Positions 13,395-26,699 are shown, numbered from the stretch's first letter. The stretch is 64,000 nucleotides of DNA from Octopus vulgaris (GCA_951406725.2 OX597833.1:22382001-22446000); one strand, 5' to 3'. A program made the numbers and translations. The notes: generated by a model from the sequence alone, not told the origin.

Positions 13395-13790
13395 TGCAGG
13401 CATGGGTGTGTGGTAAGAAGCTTGCTTCCCAACCACATGGTTCCGGATTCAGTTCCACTGCATGGTACCTTGGATGTTTTCTACTAAAGCCTCGTGCTGA
13501 CCAAAGCCCAATGAGGGGTTTGGAGGCGGAAACCAAAAGAAGCCCCTCGTGCATGTATGTACGTGTGTATGTATACGTATGTGCGTGTTTGTCCCCTCCT
13601 CCTATACCAATTGACAATTGGTGTTGATGTGTTTATCTCCATGTAACTTAGCGGTTCGACAAAAGATACCGATACAATAAGTACTAGGCTTTTAAAATAT
13701 AAGCATTGGGGTCGATTCATTCAGCTAAAAGGTTTCTTTGGGGTAGTGCCCCAGTATAGCCGCAGTCCAATGACTGAAACAAGTAAACAA
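13395..13790 (+). mobile_element. tRNA-derived SINE with internal (TG)n tract
   Basis: A-box-like GTGTGTGGTAAG, B-box-like GGATTCAGTTCC, tail AATGACTGAAACAAGTAAA. Related copy at about 7015-7420. Confidence 0.7.
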
Positions 13791-14248
13791 GAGAGAAGAT
13801 ACCGGAGAAGTCAGTTCATGCCACACACCGAACATAACAATTCCCATTTCTGCAAACCAAAGTGAGAATATCGGTTAATATCTAGTTTAACACCTGGCCA
13901 CCAACACAAAAAGAAAGTGTAACAGGTGTAAACGAATCTGAAAACCAAAATTTGTGCAAACGAAACGGGGGGTGGGGATAGGACTTTCGGAAAATTTATA
14001 CGATCCAATTTTTTCCCTCATAACTTTCAGGAAAATGGATATCTTTTAAAGAAATTTTATGTAAATACCTTTCAAACGGCATAGATTACTATTATAAAGA
14101 AATTTATGGGGAAAATTTCTTTCTGAAACGGTGGAGAGAGGATGAGTTGGACAATCGGGACACATGGTGCGTTACAGAACATATATTCAGTTAAGATAGC
14201 CACATTAATAAATGTCTCAAGATATGGTTAAGATGGAACAAACCTTAC

Positions 14249-14319
14249 CCATCGTTTTGTAGTTTCAGTTTTCGAATTGGTTCGTCTAAATTCTCATCCT
14301 CACCTTGACGACTGCACAT
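14249..14319 (-). CDS. CTU2: CTU2 coding exon 1 (cytoplasmic tRNA 2-thiolation protein 2)
   Basis: ATG at 14319, encodes MCSRQGEDENLDEPIRKLKLQNDG, ends at donor GG|GTAAGG. Resembles the MC..GED N-terminus of animal CTU2; phase 2 matches exon 2. Confidence 0.85.
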
Positions 14320-14377
14320 TTTAACACAATTAAAACTCCTGTTGACAACTTGTTTAGCTTCAGCTGATGCAATACTT

Positions 14378-14425
14378 ACTACCTCCCTTTAAGAAGAACG
14401 ATAACACGGAAGTTACCTCCCTTAA
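14378..14425 (-). promoter_or_regulatory. Likely CTU2 proximal promoter elements
   Basis: Two copies of TACCTCCCTT (14380-14389, 14414-14423) and an ETS-type CGGAAGT (14407-14413), 60-105 bp upstream of the ATG. Confidence 0.45.
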
Positions 14426-15055
14426 AGAAGCTATGCAGACGATGGCAGTTCTTCGTGACCGAAGATCATTATGAAAGTCCTTAAGTGGCTATGTAAGCTG
14501 ATCCTTAAATCTCAGATTTTGGCACACTTGGGGCAAATTTGTCGGCTTTGATCAAATGGAGGTCATGACGATGACAATTTATCATCCGCGGCAGATGCTC
14601 TAACCTTCTCAAAATTGTAACAGTTTGGATACTATATCACCACACTTCCCTCTGTGCTGCCACTCTCTCTCACTTTGTAGGGTCAATCCCTACCTGAGGG
14701 AGCTGATGTTTCAGCTGATCTTCGAACTGCTTCCGGGCTTTTCTGTCTCTTTTGCTTGCTATACGGCCTTCGACATTCTGGATTAAGCCATGTGTGAGAC
14801 GTGGCCTGCAGGTAGTCATTAAAAAACCCTCAAATTACGCCAACTGTCTTTTTTTTTTTTTTATGGAATAACGCATTAGATGATGCAATACTGAAATACA
14901 TTACATTGTCTGAAAGAGATGGAATTTTTTTTTTTTTTTTTTTTGCTATTATTATTCATACGTTATTTTGGTGGAAATTGCGAAGCATTTGACACTTCTA
15001 AAATTTGTCCGTGAGTTTGATTTTCCCTGAAATGGCGTGCCCAATTTTTAAGAGA

Positions 15056-15245
15056 GGGCGAGCTGGTAGAGTCGTTAGCACGCCGGGCAAAATGCTTAGC
15101 GGCATTTCGTCCATCTTTACGCTCTGAGTTTAAATTCCACCGAAGCATACTTTGCTTTTCATCCTTCCGGGGACGATAAAATAACTACCAGTTAAGCACT
15201 GGAGTCATTGTAATCGACTTACCCCTTACCAAAATTTGAAATCGT
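15056..15245 (+). mobile_element. tRNA-derived SINE
   Basis: Head GGCGAGCTGGTAGAGTCGTTAGCACG and B-box GAGTTTAAATTCC. Same family at about 11655-11860, 12567-12760, 16020-16396 (-) and 18215-18350 (-). Confidence 0.75.
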
Positions 15246-16401
15246 TATTACCAAGGATATTTTAATTAAACTGGGCTATTAACAAGAACTCTACTTCATC
15301 AACCCCATAGAGACTGGAAGGCAAAGATGACTAGAACAAGTTGATTATAGAGAGATTTGCTTGATCAGGAACTGACCTGAAGCTTAACAGCAAATAACTA
15401 TGCATTTTTTTCATTCTTTGGTTTTAGATCTTCCCTTTCACATAAACGATTAAGATTGCAGATATACTCGTATTCTTATGCAGTTTTTCTTTTAAACTGA
15501 TTGTAAAACCGTTGGTCATGAGTCGTTGTGACAGCGATAAATGTTCCGGCTCTTTGCATTCTGAATTCAAATCCTACAGAACTCTACTTTGCCTTTTATC
15601 TCTCTGCAGGCGATTAAGTAAAGTACTAGTTAAGTATTGAGATCGAATCTTCTCTCTCTCTCTTTCTCCCCCCTCTCTCTCTCTCTCTTTCAGTCATTCA
15701 CATATACTTACACAGAATCGGATGATAGTTGCCTGGTTAATGCCATTCAAATGAGCATGTCAAGAAGTTGGTTGAGCTACGAGCCAGCAATCTCTTCTCA
15801 TAAAAAGAAAGAAAAAGAAAAGACAGCTTGCTGTAGAAACCGTCCGAAGAAATCAGGAGAAATCCTTTGTAGCTCCATGGGCAGACATTACGGGCATGAA
15901 CGAATCGATGCACAGCGAAACAGTGTCAATATTGTGTTACCGTTATTATTGATGTTTTTTTGTGATTGAATCTATAAGTTGGCTGCAATCTTTGTTCCTT
16001 TGGGCCTGACATTTGTTAGAAGGGGCTAGTCGATTACATTGGCTCCAGTGCTTATTTTGGTACTTTTTTTATCGCCTCCCGAAAAGATAAAAAGCAAAGT
16101 CGACTACAGCGGAATTTGAACTCAGAACAGAAAGCCAGAAGAAATGCTACTAAGAAGTTTGTCCGACGTGCTAACAATTCAACCGGCTGGTTGTCTTGAT
16201 AATCCTTCCCACTATAGGTATGCAGCTTGAAATTTAGCGAGAGTAGAATAGTCGATTATATCGACCCCAGTGCTCGACTGGTACTCGTTTTATAGACCCC
16301 GAAAAGATGAAAGGCGGAGTCAACCTTGGCAGAATTTCAACTCAGAACGTAAAGACATTGCCCGGCGTGATAACGATTTTGCCAGCTCGTCGCCTCAATA
16401 A

Positions 16402-16879
16402 CACTGTGTAACGTGACTTTTGTTCTTGGATAGCAACTGTTATTTCCTATTTGCTTAACCCTAGAAAGTATGAAAAATGGTTAATATGTCCTTCAAACTT
16501 TGTTTTTGTCACGTTTATTCAAACCCTAAAGAATCCCTCTCAACACATGGCTATGAAGCTCCCTCACAGTTCCTGTTCATGATCAGAGATGCACATATTG
16601 CCAGCCACTACAGAACATGCTCTAACTGACGAGCCAATCTGTGGTATTGAGCAGAATATTTGCTACAGCGATATTTTTGCTTCAGCAATTCAGCGCTGAA
16701 TTTGTTTGAAATGTAATGGGAAATAGGTCAGTTTCAAAACATTGATGTCCAGGTCACAAAAGCAAAGTTTGAAGGGAATAGTAATCGTTTCTTTTGATTT
16801 CTAGATAGAAGCAAATAGGAAATAACACTTACTGACCAAAGACAAAAGCAAACAAAAAAATTAAAATTTTGTTGCAGTG
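16402..16879. mobile_element. MITE with long imperfect terminal inverted repeats (Tc1/mariner-like)
   Basis: 16415-16510 is the approximate reverse complement of 16753-16850 (e.g. TGTTATTTCCTATTTGCTT and CCTTCAAACTTTG). Termini are CACTG...CAGTG, with TA after the right end. Confidence 0.65.
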
Positions 16880-17820
16880 TAATAATAGTGATGGTACTTT
16901 GTATTTACCATAAGGTCGACGAATGTGTAGATCTCATGGACAGACTGTTACAAAGAAAAAGCGCTGGGACTTGCATTGAATCATACAAGTGAGAGACAAA
17001 AAGAAGTGAAAATGAGAGTATACAAAGGAGGTTCACCATTAAAGGTTAATCAAGAAACTGCAGATTCTCGATTATTCTGACTACAAGGAGTAAATTGCCT
17101 TTCCTAGCTGTCATTCCCTGTATATAGGCACATAATGAGAGCAGTCTCAATTACTGGAGTTATTTACCACTCTCACAAACTCTCCAACAAATTCACTTGA
17201 GGACAACACGAGCCTCGTCTTCTCCTCCAAGTAGAACTTGGAGAGAATGTGCCTCACTTCAGTCGTTTCAATTGCGTCTACTATATAATCTCTTTTGCTA
17301 TAATCACCAAATGAAAATTGCCTTCTCTTCGCAGTTAAAGAAAGGTGGCGGAGCAATTTTCTTCATAGCTTCAGGTAAATGCGACAACATAAGTTCGATA
17401 TTACACCTCATGTCAGTAATGCCCGAAAAGAGTAAAAATGCACGTAGAGCGGTTTTCTGCGCATCTTGGACACTTCCTGTGGAGTTTGTCTCGAGCCGGT
17501 TGTGCCCCTCAACAACACTGTCAGGCTAAGGATTTCTGGAAGTTATTTATATAAGTCTCTAATCTGAAAGTCTTCCTGAACAGATCAGTTAATTTGTCTT
17601 CATTAACACCAAGAGTTTCCCCGAGGACATCGTTGCTCTTATTTACTATTAGTCCTCTACATAGATATTGCTTTCAAATTTTGGCACAAGGCCAGCAATT
17701 GCACGGGAGAGGCAAGTCGATTACATCGACTCCAGTGTTCAGCTGGTACTTATTTTATCAACCCCGAAAGGCAAAGTCGACCATGGCAGCATTTGAACGC
17801 AGAACGTGAAGTTGGAAGAA

Positions 17821-18057
17821 ATACCTATTTCTTTGCTACCCACAAAGGGCTAAACACAGACGGGGCAAACAAGGACAGAAAAACGGATTAAGTCGATTAT
17901 ATTGACCCCAGTGCGTAACTGGTACTTATTTAATCCACCCCGAAAGGATGAAAGCCAAAGTCGACCTCGGCGGAATTTGAACTCAGAACGTAACGGCAGA
18001 CGAAATACGGCTACGCATTTCGCCCGGCGTGCTAACGTTTCTGCCAGCTCACCGCCT
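17821..18057 (-). mobile_element. Full-length young SINE nested in an older SINE of the same family (host about 17670-18122)
   Basis: 14-bp TSD TGAAGTTGGAAGAA (17807-17820, 18058-18071); intact A/B boxes; host SINE sequence resumes on both sides. Confidence 0.85.
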
Positions 18058-18894
18058 TGAAGTTGGAAGAATTACCGCTAAGCATTTTCTTGGTGCGGTA
18101 ACGATTCTGCCAGCTCGCCGCCCTCCTCTCTCTGCAATATTGGAACTTCCACCGACTGCAATGCCCGACTCTTAGAGAGTTTTGAGAGGCTGACGATATT
18201 TTGAATGATAATTGTCTGATTTAGGTACAAGATCAGCCATTTAATAGAGGGCGGGGTTAGTCATTTACATCAGACTCAGATTGGTACTTTATTTTACAGA
18301 CACCGGAGGAACGAAATATAAAGTTGCCTTCGGCAGGATTTGAACTAAAGAACTAATAATAATGGTATTCTCAAGCTGAAGGCGGTACAGGCACCTTCTC
18401 TATAGATACGACTGATAACTGGATCAGTCTTACATGCAACAACAATCGTTCGACAAAAATCTTCGACTCAATACTCGGTGTTATATATTCTTTTGGTTCG
18501 TGTTGGGACGATAAACAACTCATTGAAGGTGTTATTATGATTCTACGTGTTTATTTCCTTGGCATGTTTACAAACTATATATGTAGAGCGGAGTGATACA
18601 CACTGTGCGTATTCGCTTTATTCACAGTTCATATTGTTTACTAGATGCGCTTTACAAAATAGTACTAATAGTGGAGATGTATTCATATATACGTAGACCT
18701 ATACATACACATAGATATGAACATATAACATTCCTTCTTGAAAAAAGAACTTTTGGCAATGAAAAAAATAGAAGTAATCTCCCTTACACTAATGGATTGT
18801 CAGTGCGAGGGTGACAATCCTGCAACAGAAACTGAGATTATTCTGTCCACGCACGTTGTTTTCTGCTTCCTAATCTAGCAGAACTAGTTATTTT

Positions 18895-21800
18895 TTACTT
18901 TTTTTTTCCTTTAAAGGTATCGGTGGTAAAATATTTGGTTTCCATCTGGTGGATCTTATGCTCTGTACTGATGTCTGCGATGCGGGTAATGTCGATGTGT
19001 TGTTGGACTGCTGATTGGTGATTGGTACCCGTTGGGGTGATGATTCTGTGGAAGTACGGATTCTGTGTGTACCGTGATCTGCTGTGGGTGTTGTAGTCCT
19101 TGTTGGTGTTGTAACTGATGCTGCAGGTGTTGCGCATGTTATCCTCAATAGCTTTGGTGTTTGGGCCGATGTTGGCCCTGTTTCGTCTCAGTTGCCTACC
19201 AGATTCAGTTTCTATAATATATGATCTTGGAGTTTCGGCTCTACTGACGACTGGGATCCATGTTTTAGTTATCGGATTTTTAGTATGCACATATTGTCCT
19301 CCAAGTATCTCAGGTAAGTATTGTGCATGTTTGTTGTAATATTTCTGTGCTTGTTCTTGAGTGGCTGATAGCTTTGCCCTTGTATCTTCCTGGTCAATAG
19401 GAGGTTGGATCTTTGTTGGCAGGGTGGGTTTGTATTTCTTGCCATTCAGCATTTCTGCTGGGGACTTCATGTCAGCCCTCAGTAGTGTTGCTCGTAGGGA
19501 CAGAAATACCAGGTGTGGGTCTTCCTTAGTTTCTCGGCATTTGATTAGTGTTCTCTTGACTGTCTGCACCTGTCTTTCTATGAATCCATGGCCTCTGGGG
19601 TAGTGTGGAGATGAGGTTATAATGTTGAACCCATACTCATTGGCTAGCTTTTTGAATTCCTGAGATGTGAACTGGGTTCCATTGTCACATATGATCTGCT
19701 CTGGTATTCCTTGCTCTGTTAGAAGTCCTCGATCCACTGTAGTTATTGTTTTGGCTCTCAGGTCTTTCACTTTTCTCACACATGGGAATTTTGAGTAGTA
19801 GCAGACCATAATCAAGTACCATTCTTGGTTCTCTGTTAACAGATCTACTCCAATAGCTTGCCATGGCCTTCTAGGGATATCACTGGATATCATTTCCTCC
19901 TTTTGTTGTGAGTTTCTGTACTTTTGACAGATGTGGCATGTAAAAACCATCTTTTCTATGTCTTTGTACATGCCGACCCAATATACAGCTAACTTGGCTC
20001 GGAGTTTGCATTTTTCCATTCCCAGATGCCCTTGGTGGATCTTGTCATGAATCTCTTTTTTCATTGATTTGGGTATGATTATTCGGAATCCAGGATTCCA
20101 TTCTCTATTGATATGTCCATGGATGGCCCCAATATTCACGAATGAGGGGCTGCACCTGATGTCTCTTCTCTGGCCATCCCTGAATCACCATCTGAGTAAG
20201 GAGCTGGAGTTCTTCATCTCTGCTGGCCTCCTCTTTGATTTGTTCCAGCTTTGTATTTGTCACATTTACAATGTGGTGGACCTTTACACTGAGTCCTTCC
20301 ATCTCCTGCTTATCATGTGATGATAGTCTGGAATGAGCATCCACCAATATCAGGTCCTTTCCTGGCTTGTACCTGATATTGTAGTCGTACTTTTGGAGCC
20401 TCAACAGTAACCTTTGCAGTCTGGCTGGTGCTTTTGTGGGGTATTTTCTGTCTATTTGTTCTAGAGGGTGATGGTCTGACTCAATATTGAAATGTCTGCC
20501 ATAGACTACTGCCAGGAGTTCCCTTTCAATATTTGCGTACCTTGTCTCTGTGGTTGACAGAGCTCTCGGGGTATATGCAATAGGCTTACCTGCTTCTATC
20601 AATGCTGCGCCAACTCCTCTCATAGAAGCATCGACTTTGAGTGTTACTGGTTTGCGTCTGTCATAGAACTGCAGAGTTGTCTCCCTGCTGATGAGCTTTT
20701 TGATTGTGTTGAAATCCTGTGTGTGTGAAGTACACCAGTCAAACTCTATGTCATCTTTCATTAGCTCTCAGAGGTTTGCAGTGTGATAGGCCAGGTTGGG
20801 TACGAAGGCTCCCATATAGTGGATGAGTCCCAGGAAGCTTTTGAGTTCCTTCTTATCTTTGGATTCTTTGATGTCACTGATGGCTTCCACTTTAGCAAGG
20901 TCTGATTTCACTCTCTCTGCAGAGTATATCATTCCAAAGAATTTACACTCTTTTGCTTTGATCACACATTTGTCTGTATTGAGTTTGATACCTGCTTGTT
21001 GGGTTTTCTCCATAGCTTCATGTAAATTGTATTTATGTGTGACCTCATACTTGCCATACACTTGGATATCGTCTGCTATCCCGATTGCTCCCTTGCAGCC
21101 TTGGTAGGTTTCATCTACTTGGTGCTGGAAGACGTCTTGGCTCACCTTCAACCCAAATGGAAGTCCGTTGAATCTGTATTTGCCAAACGATGTGTTGAAG
21201 GTAGTGACCATGGATGATTCTTTGTCTAGCTTTACAATCCAGTACCCATTACTGGCATCCAGTTTGCTAAATATCTTAGATCCAGTTAATGATGGTGTGA
21301 TTTCTTTGAGAGTTGAAATTGGATAGTACTCTCGTTTTAATGCCTTGTTCAGATCCTTGGGGTCGAGGCATATTTGTAAGGTACCATTGGGTCTTTCTTT
21401 AATTATAATTGAATTCTCCCAGTCAGTTGGTCATTATTCATTTTTTTTTCCATTTTGTCCAACTCTGCCTTCAGCTTCTCTCTTAATTCTAGCGGAACGC
21501 GGCGAGGTAGGTAAACAACTGGTTTGACATTGTGGATACCTCTTATATGGTATCGACATTTCTCAAAACACCCAACTGAATCGTCAAAACATTCTGGGTA
21601 CATGCTCATCAGTTCATTCTTATTTGTGATTGGTGGTCAGTTTTTGATAGGCATATCTCTGTCAATCCTGTTTGGAGCTGCCTTCACTTCATTGTTGATC
21701 GTCACAATGTTGAGCTTTTGACAGGTATTAAGTCCGAGAATTGCGGGTCCTTCTGTTCTTGTGATATAAAAAGAACACTTGATTTTTCTTCCGTTGTGTG

Positions 21801-21980
21801 TCCCTGTATTGGTTGTTTTGCCCAGTTGTGGAATCTTAGTACCTCCGTATGCAGTTAGGATTACATCACTTGGTGTGAGGATTCCTTCTTTGACTTTCTC
21901 CTCTTGTGTCATGTGTTCTGGGAACATCTTTTTGTAGAGGTCGACAGGCAAGATATCACTCTGGGCTCAATCTTTAATCG
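18895..21980 (-). pseudogene. Gypsy pol remnant (protease, RT, RNase H, integrase) broken by frameshifts
   Basis: RT motifs LPFGL and IADDI; RNase H VDAS and ERELLA; integrase H-H-C-C and DNG.QF motifs. Split over at least five ORFs, and the protease D(T/S)G site is disrupted. Confidence 0.92.
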
Positions 21981-22276
21981 TTTCTTGCCTGACTTCTTTT
22001 AGATTTGTATTGTTGTGTATGCCTCATTTTTTTTTCGGTTGTCATTTCCCATCTCATGTATATTTATTGTGCTGAGTGCCAAGAATTCCTCTTCTGATGT
22101 GTTTTCTTCCTGTTGTTGAGCATGTAGATCTCTTGTCTTCTCTTTCCGCTCCTCTTTGAAAATTGGGGCTTGTATTTGTGAGTTTTTGTTAGTCTACACA
22201 TTTTCCCCAGTGGTTGGGCTTTCCACATGCTTTACAGTGTGTACTGAATGCAGGACATTCCCTCCGGTCATTGAAC

Positions 22277-22900
22277 TCATACTCTGTACCACAGTACTGG
22301 CATGTTCTCTACTTGTGGATGTTTCATCCTATGTCTAGTTACAATATCTACACTGCTGCCTATTGTGTTTGTTTGTAAAGTAAGTGGGGCCATTTGTTTG
22401 GTAGTGGCTTCGAATGCTCTCGCAGTATCTACTGCTTCTATCAACTGGAAAGTGTCCTTACCTATGAATGATTTTTGGATTTCTTTATGAGAACACACCC
22501 ACATGGGTTGATCAACAATCCTTTCGTCCTTGTCTTTGAATCTGCATTTCTCGGCAACATTCTTTAGTCTGGACAGGAAGTTGTCAATCGTTTCTTGTGG
22601 ATCTTGTTTCAGGCCTTGGAATTCGTACCTATGAATTCTATGGTTTGATCTGGGCTCTAGGTGCCTTTCAAATTTCTCTAAAAGTGTGTCTGGATTATTG
22701 CAATCTGATTCTGAAATGTCCCTACTATTGAATAGGTCTAAGCCCTTCTCCCCCACCCATAAAAGGATGTAGTTTACCTTTTCATCGGCAGTTGTACCTT
22801 TCAGGAAGCTTTTGAAAGCCAACTGACTTTTATGTTTGAATTTCTTGAACGCTTCCACAATATCATCAGTGTCCCAGTTCATCATCGGATGTAGATTCAT
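22277..22900 (-). pseudogene. Gypsy gag remnant
   Basis: Retrotransposon gag-like ORF (Q...ETIDNFLSRLKNVAEKCRF); the CCHC knuckle region downstream is frameshifted. Confidence 0.8.
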
Positions 22901-23408
22901 CTATATGGCGACGGGGGCCACCATTTCAGATCCTCGTGTGTGTCCAAAGACGAAGCAATATTCAGTTTGTTAAATTCAGGCTTATTATGTTCCCATTTTG
23001 TTGTAATGGCACGGTTTTCGTTTAAGTATTTATTGCTGCCACCAAGTTATGTATTCTTTTGGTTCATGTTGGAACAATAAACAACTCATTGAAGGCATTA
23101 TTACGATACCACGTGTTTATTTACTTGGCATGTTTACAAATTGTATATGTGGAGCGGAGTGATACAAAGTGTGCGTATTCGCTTTATTCATAGTTCATAT
23201 TGTTTAGCAGATACGCTTTACAAAATAGTTCTAATAGTGGAGATGTATTCATACATATGTATACCTATGCATACACATAGATATGAACATATAACACTCG
23301 GATACTCTACGCGCATCTCAGACAAGCTTGTTTATAGAATATATCTAGAACCATCAATGCGCCCATCCCCTGTAGCACTACTAGGCCAGGGATTCTGGAT
23401 GTTATCCA

Positions 23409-23556
23409 GAACTCACCTGGTCCGGACACTGGTAGGATTGACATATCGATAGCTCTTTCTCGATTCGGTGGGTGGTGGTGCATGGCCTTTCTTAGTTGGT
23501 GGAGCGATCCGTCTGGTTGATTCCGATAACGAACGAGACTCCGGTCTGCTAACTAG
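23409..23556 (+). pseudogene. 18S rRNA fragment (~150 bp, diverged)
   Basis: Matches conserved eukaryotic SSU sequence GGATTGACA...GATAGCTCTTTCTCGATT...GGTGGTGGTGCATGGCC.TTCTTAGTTGGTGGAGCGAT...GATAACGAACGAGACTC; no other rDNA nearby. Confidence 0.92.
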
Positions 23557-23799
23557 ATGTTATCCATTGCTGAGCAGATAGATTTCATGAATAGACCATC
23601 CGCCCTTCCTCATTACTTATAGAATTCAAGTGTGGAAATTGTGTCGGTTGCATTGCCAACTACTAAAGAGCAGTGAGCATCTAACTACGTTTCGGATATC
23701 AGACACCCAGGCTTGGTTTTTGTTTGAATCAGAACTGTAACTCCAACCAAAAGACGAACTGTGTAAAAACGTTCCTATCAAACGACTATAACCACTCCA

Positions 23800-24960
23800 G
23801 GAACCTCTGCAGTCTCCACAATCCCACCATATTGAAGAGGGTGTTGGACATCACCTTTAGTAGACCGCCTAACCAGTGGAATGTGCTTCTTCCATAAGAA
23901 AAGAAAGAATAGACTCTCATTTGGTCAGGGGAAAACTGGGGTAGGGCACAACGAAACTATAATGAAATCGATGCATGTATTCACCATCTCTGCATGACCT
24001 TTCAAGGACAGCTTTACCTCAGCCCATTTCTGGATGAGGCTGTCACCATGTTTGTAACCTGCTCCCAGTTCCTATCCACCTGGAAGTCTAATCAGACTAG
24101 ATCTTCTAAAGCAGTGAACTTGCCTCTCCAGCTGTAGTGCTGCAAGCTTACAGACTTGCCTAGATTAATCTTTTCTCCTGTCACCATTTTGATCCCTTAT
24201 GGCTCTGACAACCTCGACATTCGCAGTGCCCTACACATTTACAGTAACGTTGCTCAGCACTCCAGTTCAGACGAAATGCCCCTCAAATCCTCCAGTTTCT
24301 GCGGCAGTGGTTCAAGAATAATTACATACAGAAGGAATTACAGAGAATATTGTCGATGCGTTGAGCATCTGGTTCGAAACAATTACGATAGCTAACAGTT
24401 TAGTCTGACAACTGAAAACGGGACTGAAATTGACCATTTTGAAGACAACCACATAGTAACGATGGCTGACAGTTGGTCCAAATTTATCAGAGCAATACTA
24501 AAACCGTATTTATTATCTCCCAACTCTACGATGTATCATCCAAAGCGGAAGCTGTTGTAGATAGGTTTTTCCTGAGATCACACAGGTCTTCGCTTTTCCG
24601 ACAACGCTACGAATGACTAGCACCGATCTTCTCTAAGAGTATGTTATTCAAAATCTTAAAACTTTGGTTTCAGCACTAACTTATAGAAATTGCAGTTTTT
24701 CCATCTTTACCCCTTTCTCCTATCGGCAAGTCTTGCATAATCCCGACATTCGATTAAAGTAGCAAATCAATTTCACCTAGTACTTAAATGTGGGACATTC
24801 CCCCAAAAGCTGCTAGATATATCATTGCTTTGCCCGGTTGAGATATGGATGACCACTAGTCTGAAGGCACTGCTTTCATTACTGTTCACATCGACTTATC
24901 ACCCGTACTTCGAGATCCAAACCTTTGCCACCCCACTTCTCTATCTGGAACGATATACGA
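23800..24960 (-). mobile_element. Heavily decayed L1/Tx1-like LINE
   Basis: About 23810-24095 translates in pieces as DFQVDRNWEQVT / KLSLKGHAEMVN / HIPLVRRS, paralleling the LINE at 48005. About 24800-24960 gives an AFRLVV segment resembling an APE domain (weaker evidence). Confidence 0.55.
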
Positions 24961-26129
24961 AGCGTAAACTCGTAATCGTTGAAGATGAGCTGCTGTCTAC
25001 ATTTCTATATTCTTCCCCGAATATAGTCGTGTTGGTCCGAAAAAGGAAAGTAAGAGACGTCATTCACTTTTGCCTCAAAGGACTGGTAATCTGGACTCCT
25101 TGGTGGACAGGGGTTTCTTAAAAGGATCCTCCAAAAATGTCCTGGAACATTTCTACATTACCTACGAATATTTTTCTTAGATGTTTTTTTCTCAAGAAAA
25201 CTTTTTCAGCTGCGGCCGGATTTTCTCAAAAAATTCCACCCTATGTAGTTTTGGTCTCCCCACCCCTGAAGCTTATGAACTTTTTTTTTTATTTACAAGT
25301 GAAATCAACGAGGGATGGTTATTGAGCTTGGTTACTAGTATTCTTTGTGTTCGCATATTATTTTTGTGGTAATGGCTGATCGAGAGGCTTTGTTTCCTCA
25401 TTGAACTATATTTCTCTTCCCAGAAAAGAAAAAAAAGGCAGTGTTCAACAGATTAATCTCAATCTTGTTGCATGGCGAAATTTCGGAATCTGAACAGTTA
25501 TGTATACCAATGTTTTGCTTTCAGTCAACATCTCTTTTACCAGCCTTATTTAGTTTACAAATGGCATGTATTTTAAAGCATTTCACTATCAACACACAAG
25601 TCTCCACAATACCCATAACTTTGTGATAGCTTAGCATTTACAATGACTTAGGAAGTGATACATTCTTGGATAGTTTTCCACTCAGCACTAATTTTACATT
25701 GGAAAATACTTTCATGATTGGATGGGCAAAAGTAGACGAAGGCGTAAGTGCTGATCAGATTTCTTTACAGATTCAGTATTAACAATGATGTAGTGAAGTC
25801 GCATCAGAAAATAAAAATTGAAATGCAAAAGTATGACAGACTATTGGCTCTTTACAGTGGATTTTGTCACTGCAATACTCATATGATCAACAAAGAGTGG
25901 TTAATATGAGAAAGACTAATTGAATTTAGGTTTTCTTGTATTTCTGAAGTTTGATTTGTTATGATTAATTTGCAATGAGAAAACCCAGATACTGATTTTT
26001 ATTACTACACTTAGTGAAAACAAACATAAAAGAAAAACCCCTAGAAGTACATTAACTTTTCTATCCATGTTGAGGTGTAGATAAAATATATTGGAAAGTG
26101 AAACAGTTTCAGAAGAAATGAGATAAAAG

Positions 26130-26175
26130 CAATAATGTTACAAGTAAAACTTTATTCTTCATATATTACAAAAAA
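26130..26175 (-). terminator. Candidate minus-strand polyadenylation site
   Basis: AATAAA at 26156-26151, with upstream TGTA motifs and a T-rich downstream tract, at the end of an AT-rich 3'-UTR-like segment (26.1-26.7 kb). AATAAA is common in AT-rich DNA, so this is tentative. Confidence 0.35.
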
Positions 26176-26699
26176 TTGAAAGACAAGTAAAATATACAGT
26201 TAGAAATTTCAAATGTTTCTTTAGAATATTACTTACAAAAATCAATATGCCACTGAAGTAAAATATTTATTTAGATAATGTAATCATTAGCTGACACAAT
26301 GCAAAGGGAATTATTACACACTGCTACAATTACCTGTTATGGAGTATCACCTATCCTAAATAAAAGTCACTAGACAAAAGTATTTAACTGTAGGCTGCAA
26401 CTTGGAATTAAAAACTAATTCCAATACCACTATGGAAAAGCTGACATAAAATGACAATGTAATTATCTTTGACTTATTGGGCCTATTTTCCATTGAATTC
26501 TTAAATTTTGAAATTACTATATTACATATTTAACAGGCAACTTACAACAAAAGTGCAATGCAAAAAATAGTTTACTTGAAAAAATTACTCATTTTATTTT
26601 TCTTCATTATTTACTTAATAAACTTAATTTAAATCAAACAATGTACTAAATTTATTATTCTACTTTCAATCTCCATCCATCTACTCTTTGCCAAGATAT

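Larger units (their letters stand above)
18479..23296 (-). mobile_element. Full-length but inactivated Ty3/Gypsy LTR retrotransposon, Mag-like
   Basis: 252-bp LTRs at 18479-18730 and 23045-23296; 5-bp TSD CTCGG (18474-18478, 23297-23301); PBS TGGTGGCAGC next to the 5' LTR; PPT AAGAAGGAA next to the 3' LTR; domain order gag-PR-RT-RH-IN. Confidence 0.95.

Noticed and set aside
17140-17560. Coding-looking minus-strand stretch, possibly a transposase or pseudogene relic
   Set aside because: No recognisable motif or splice context; a translated homology search is needed.
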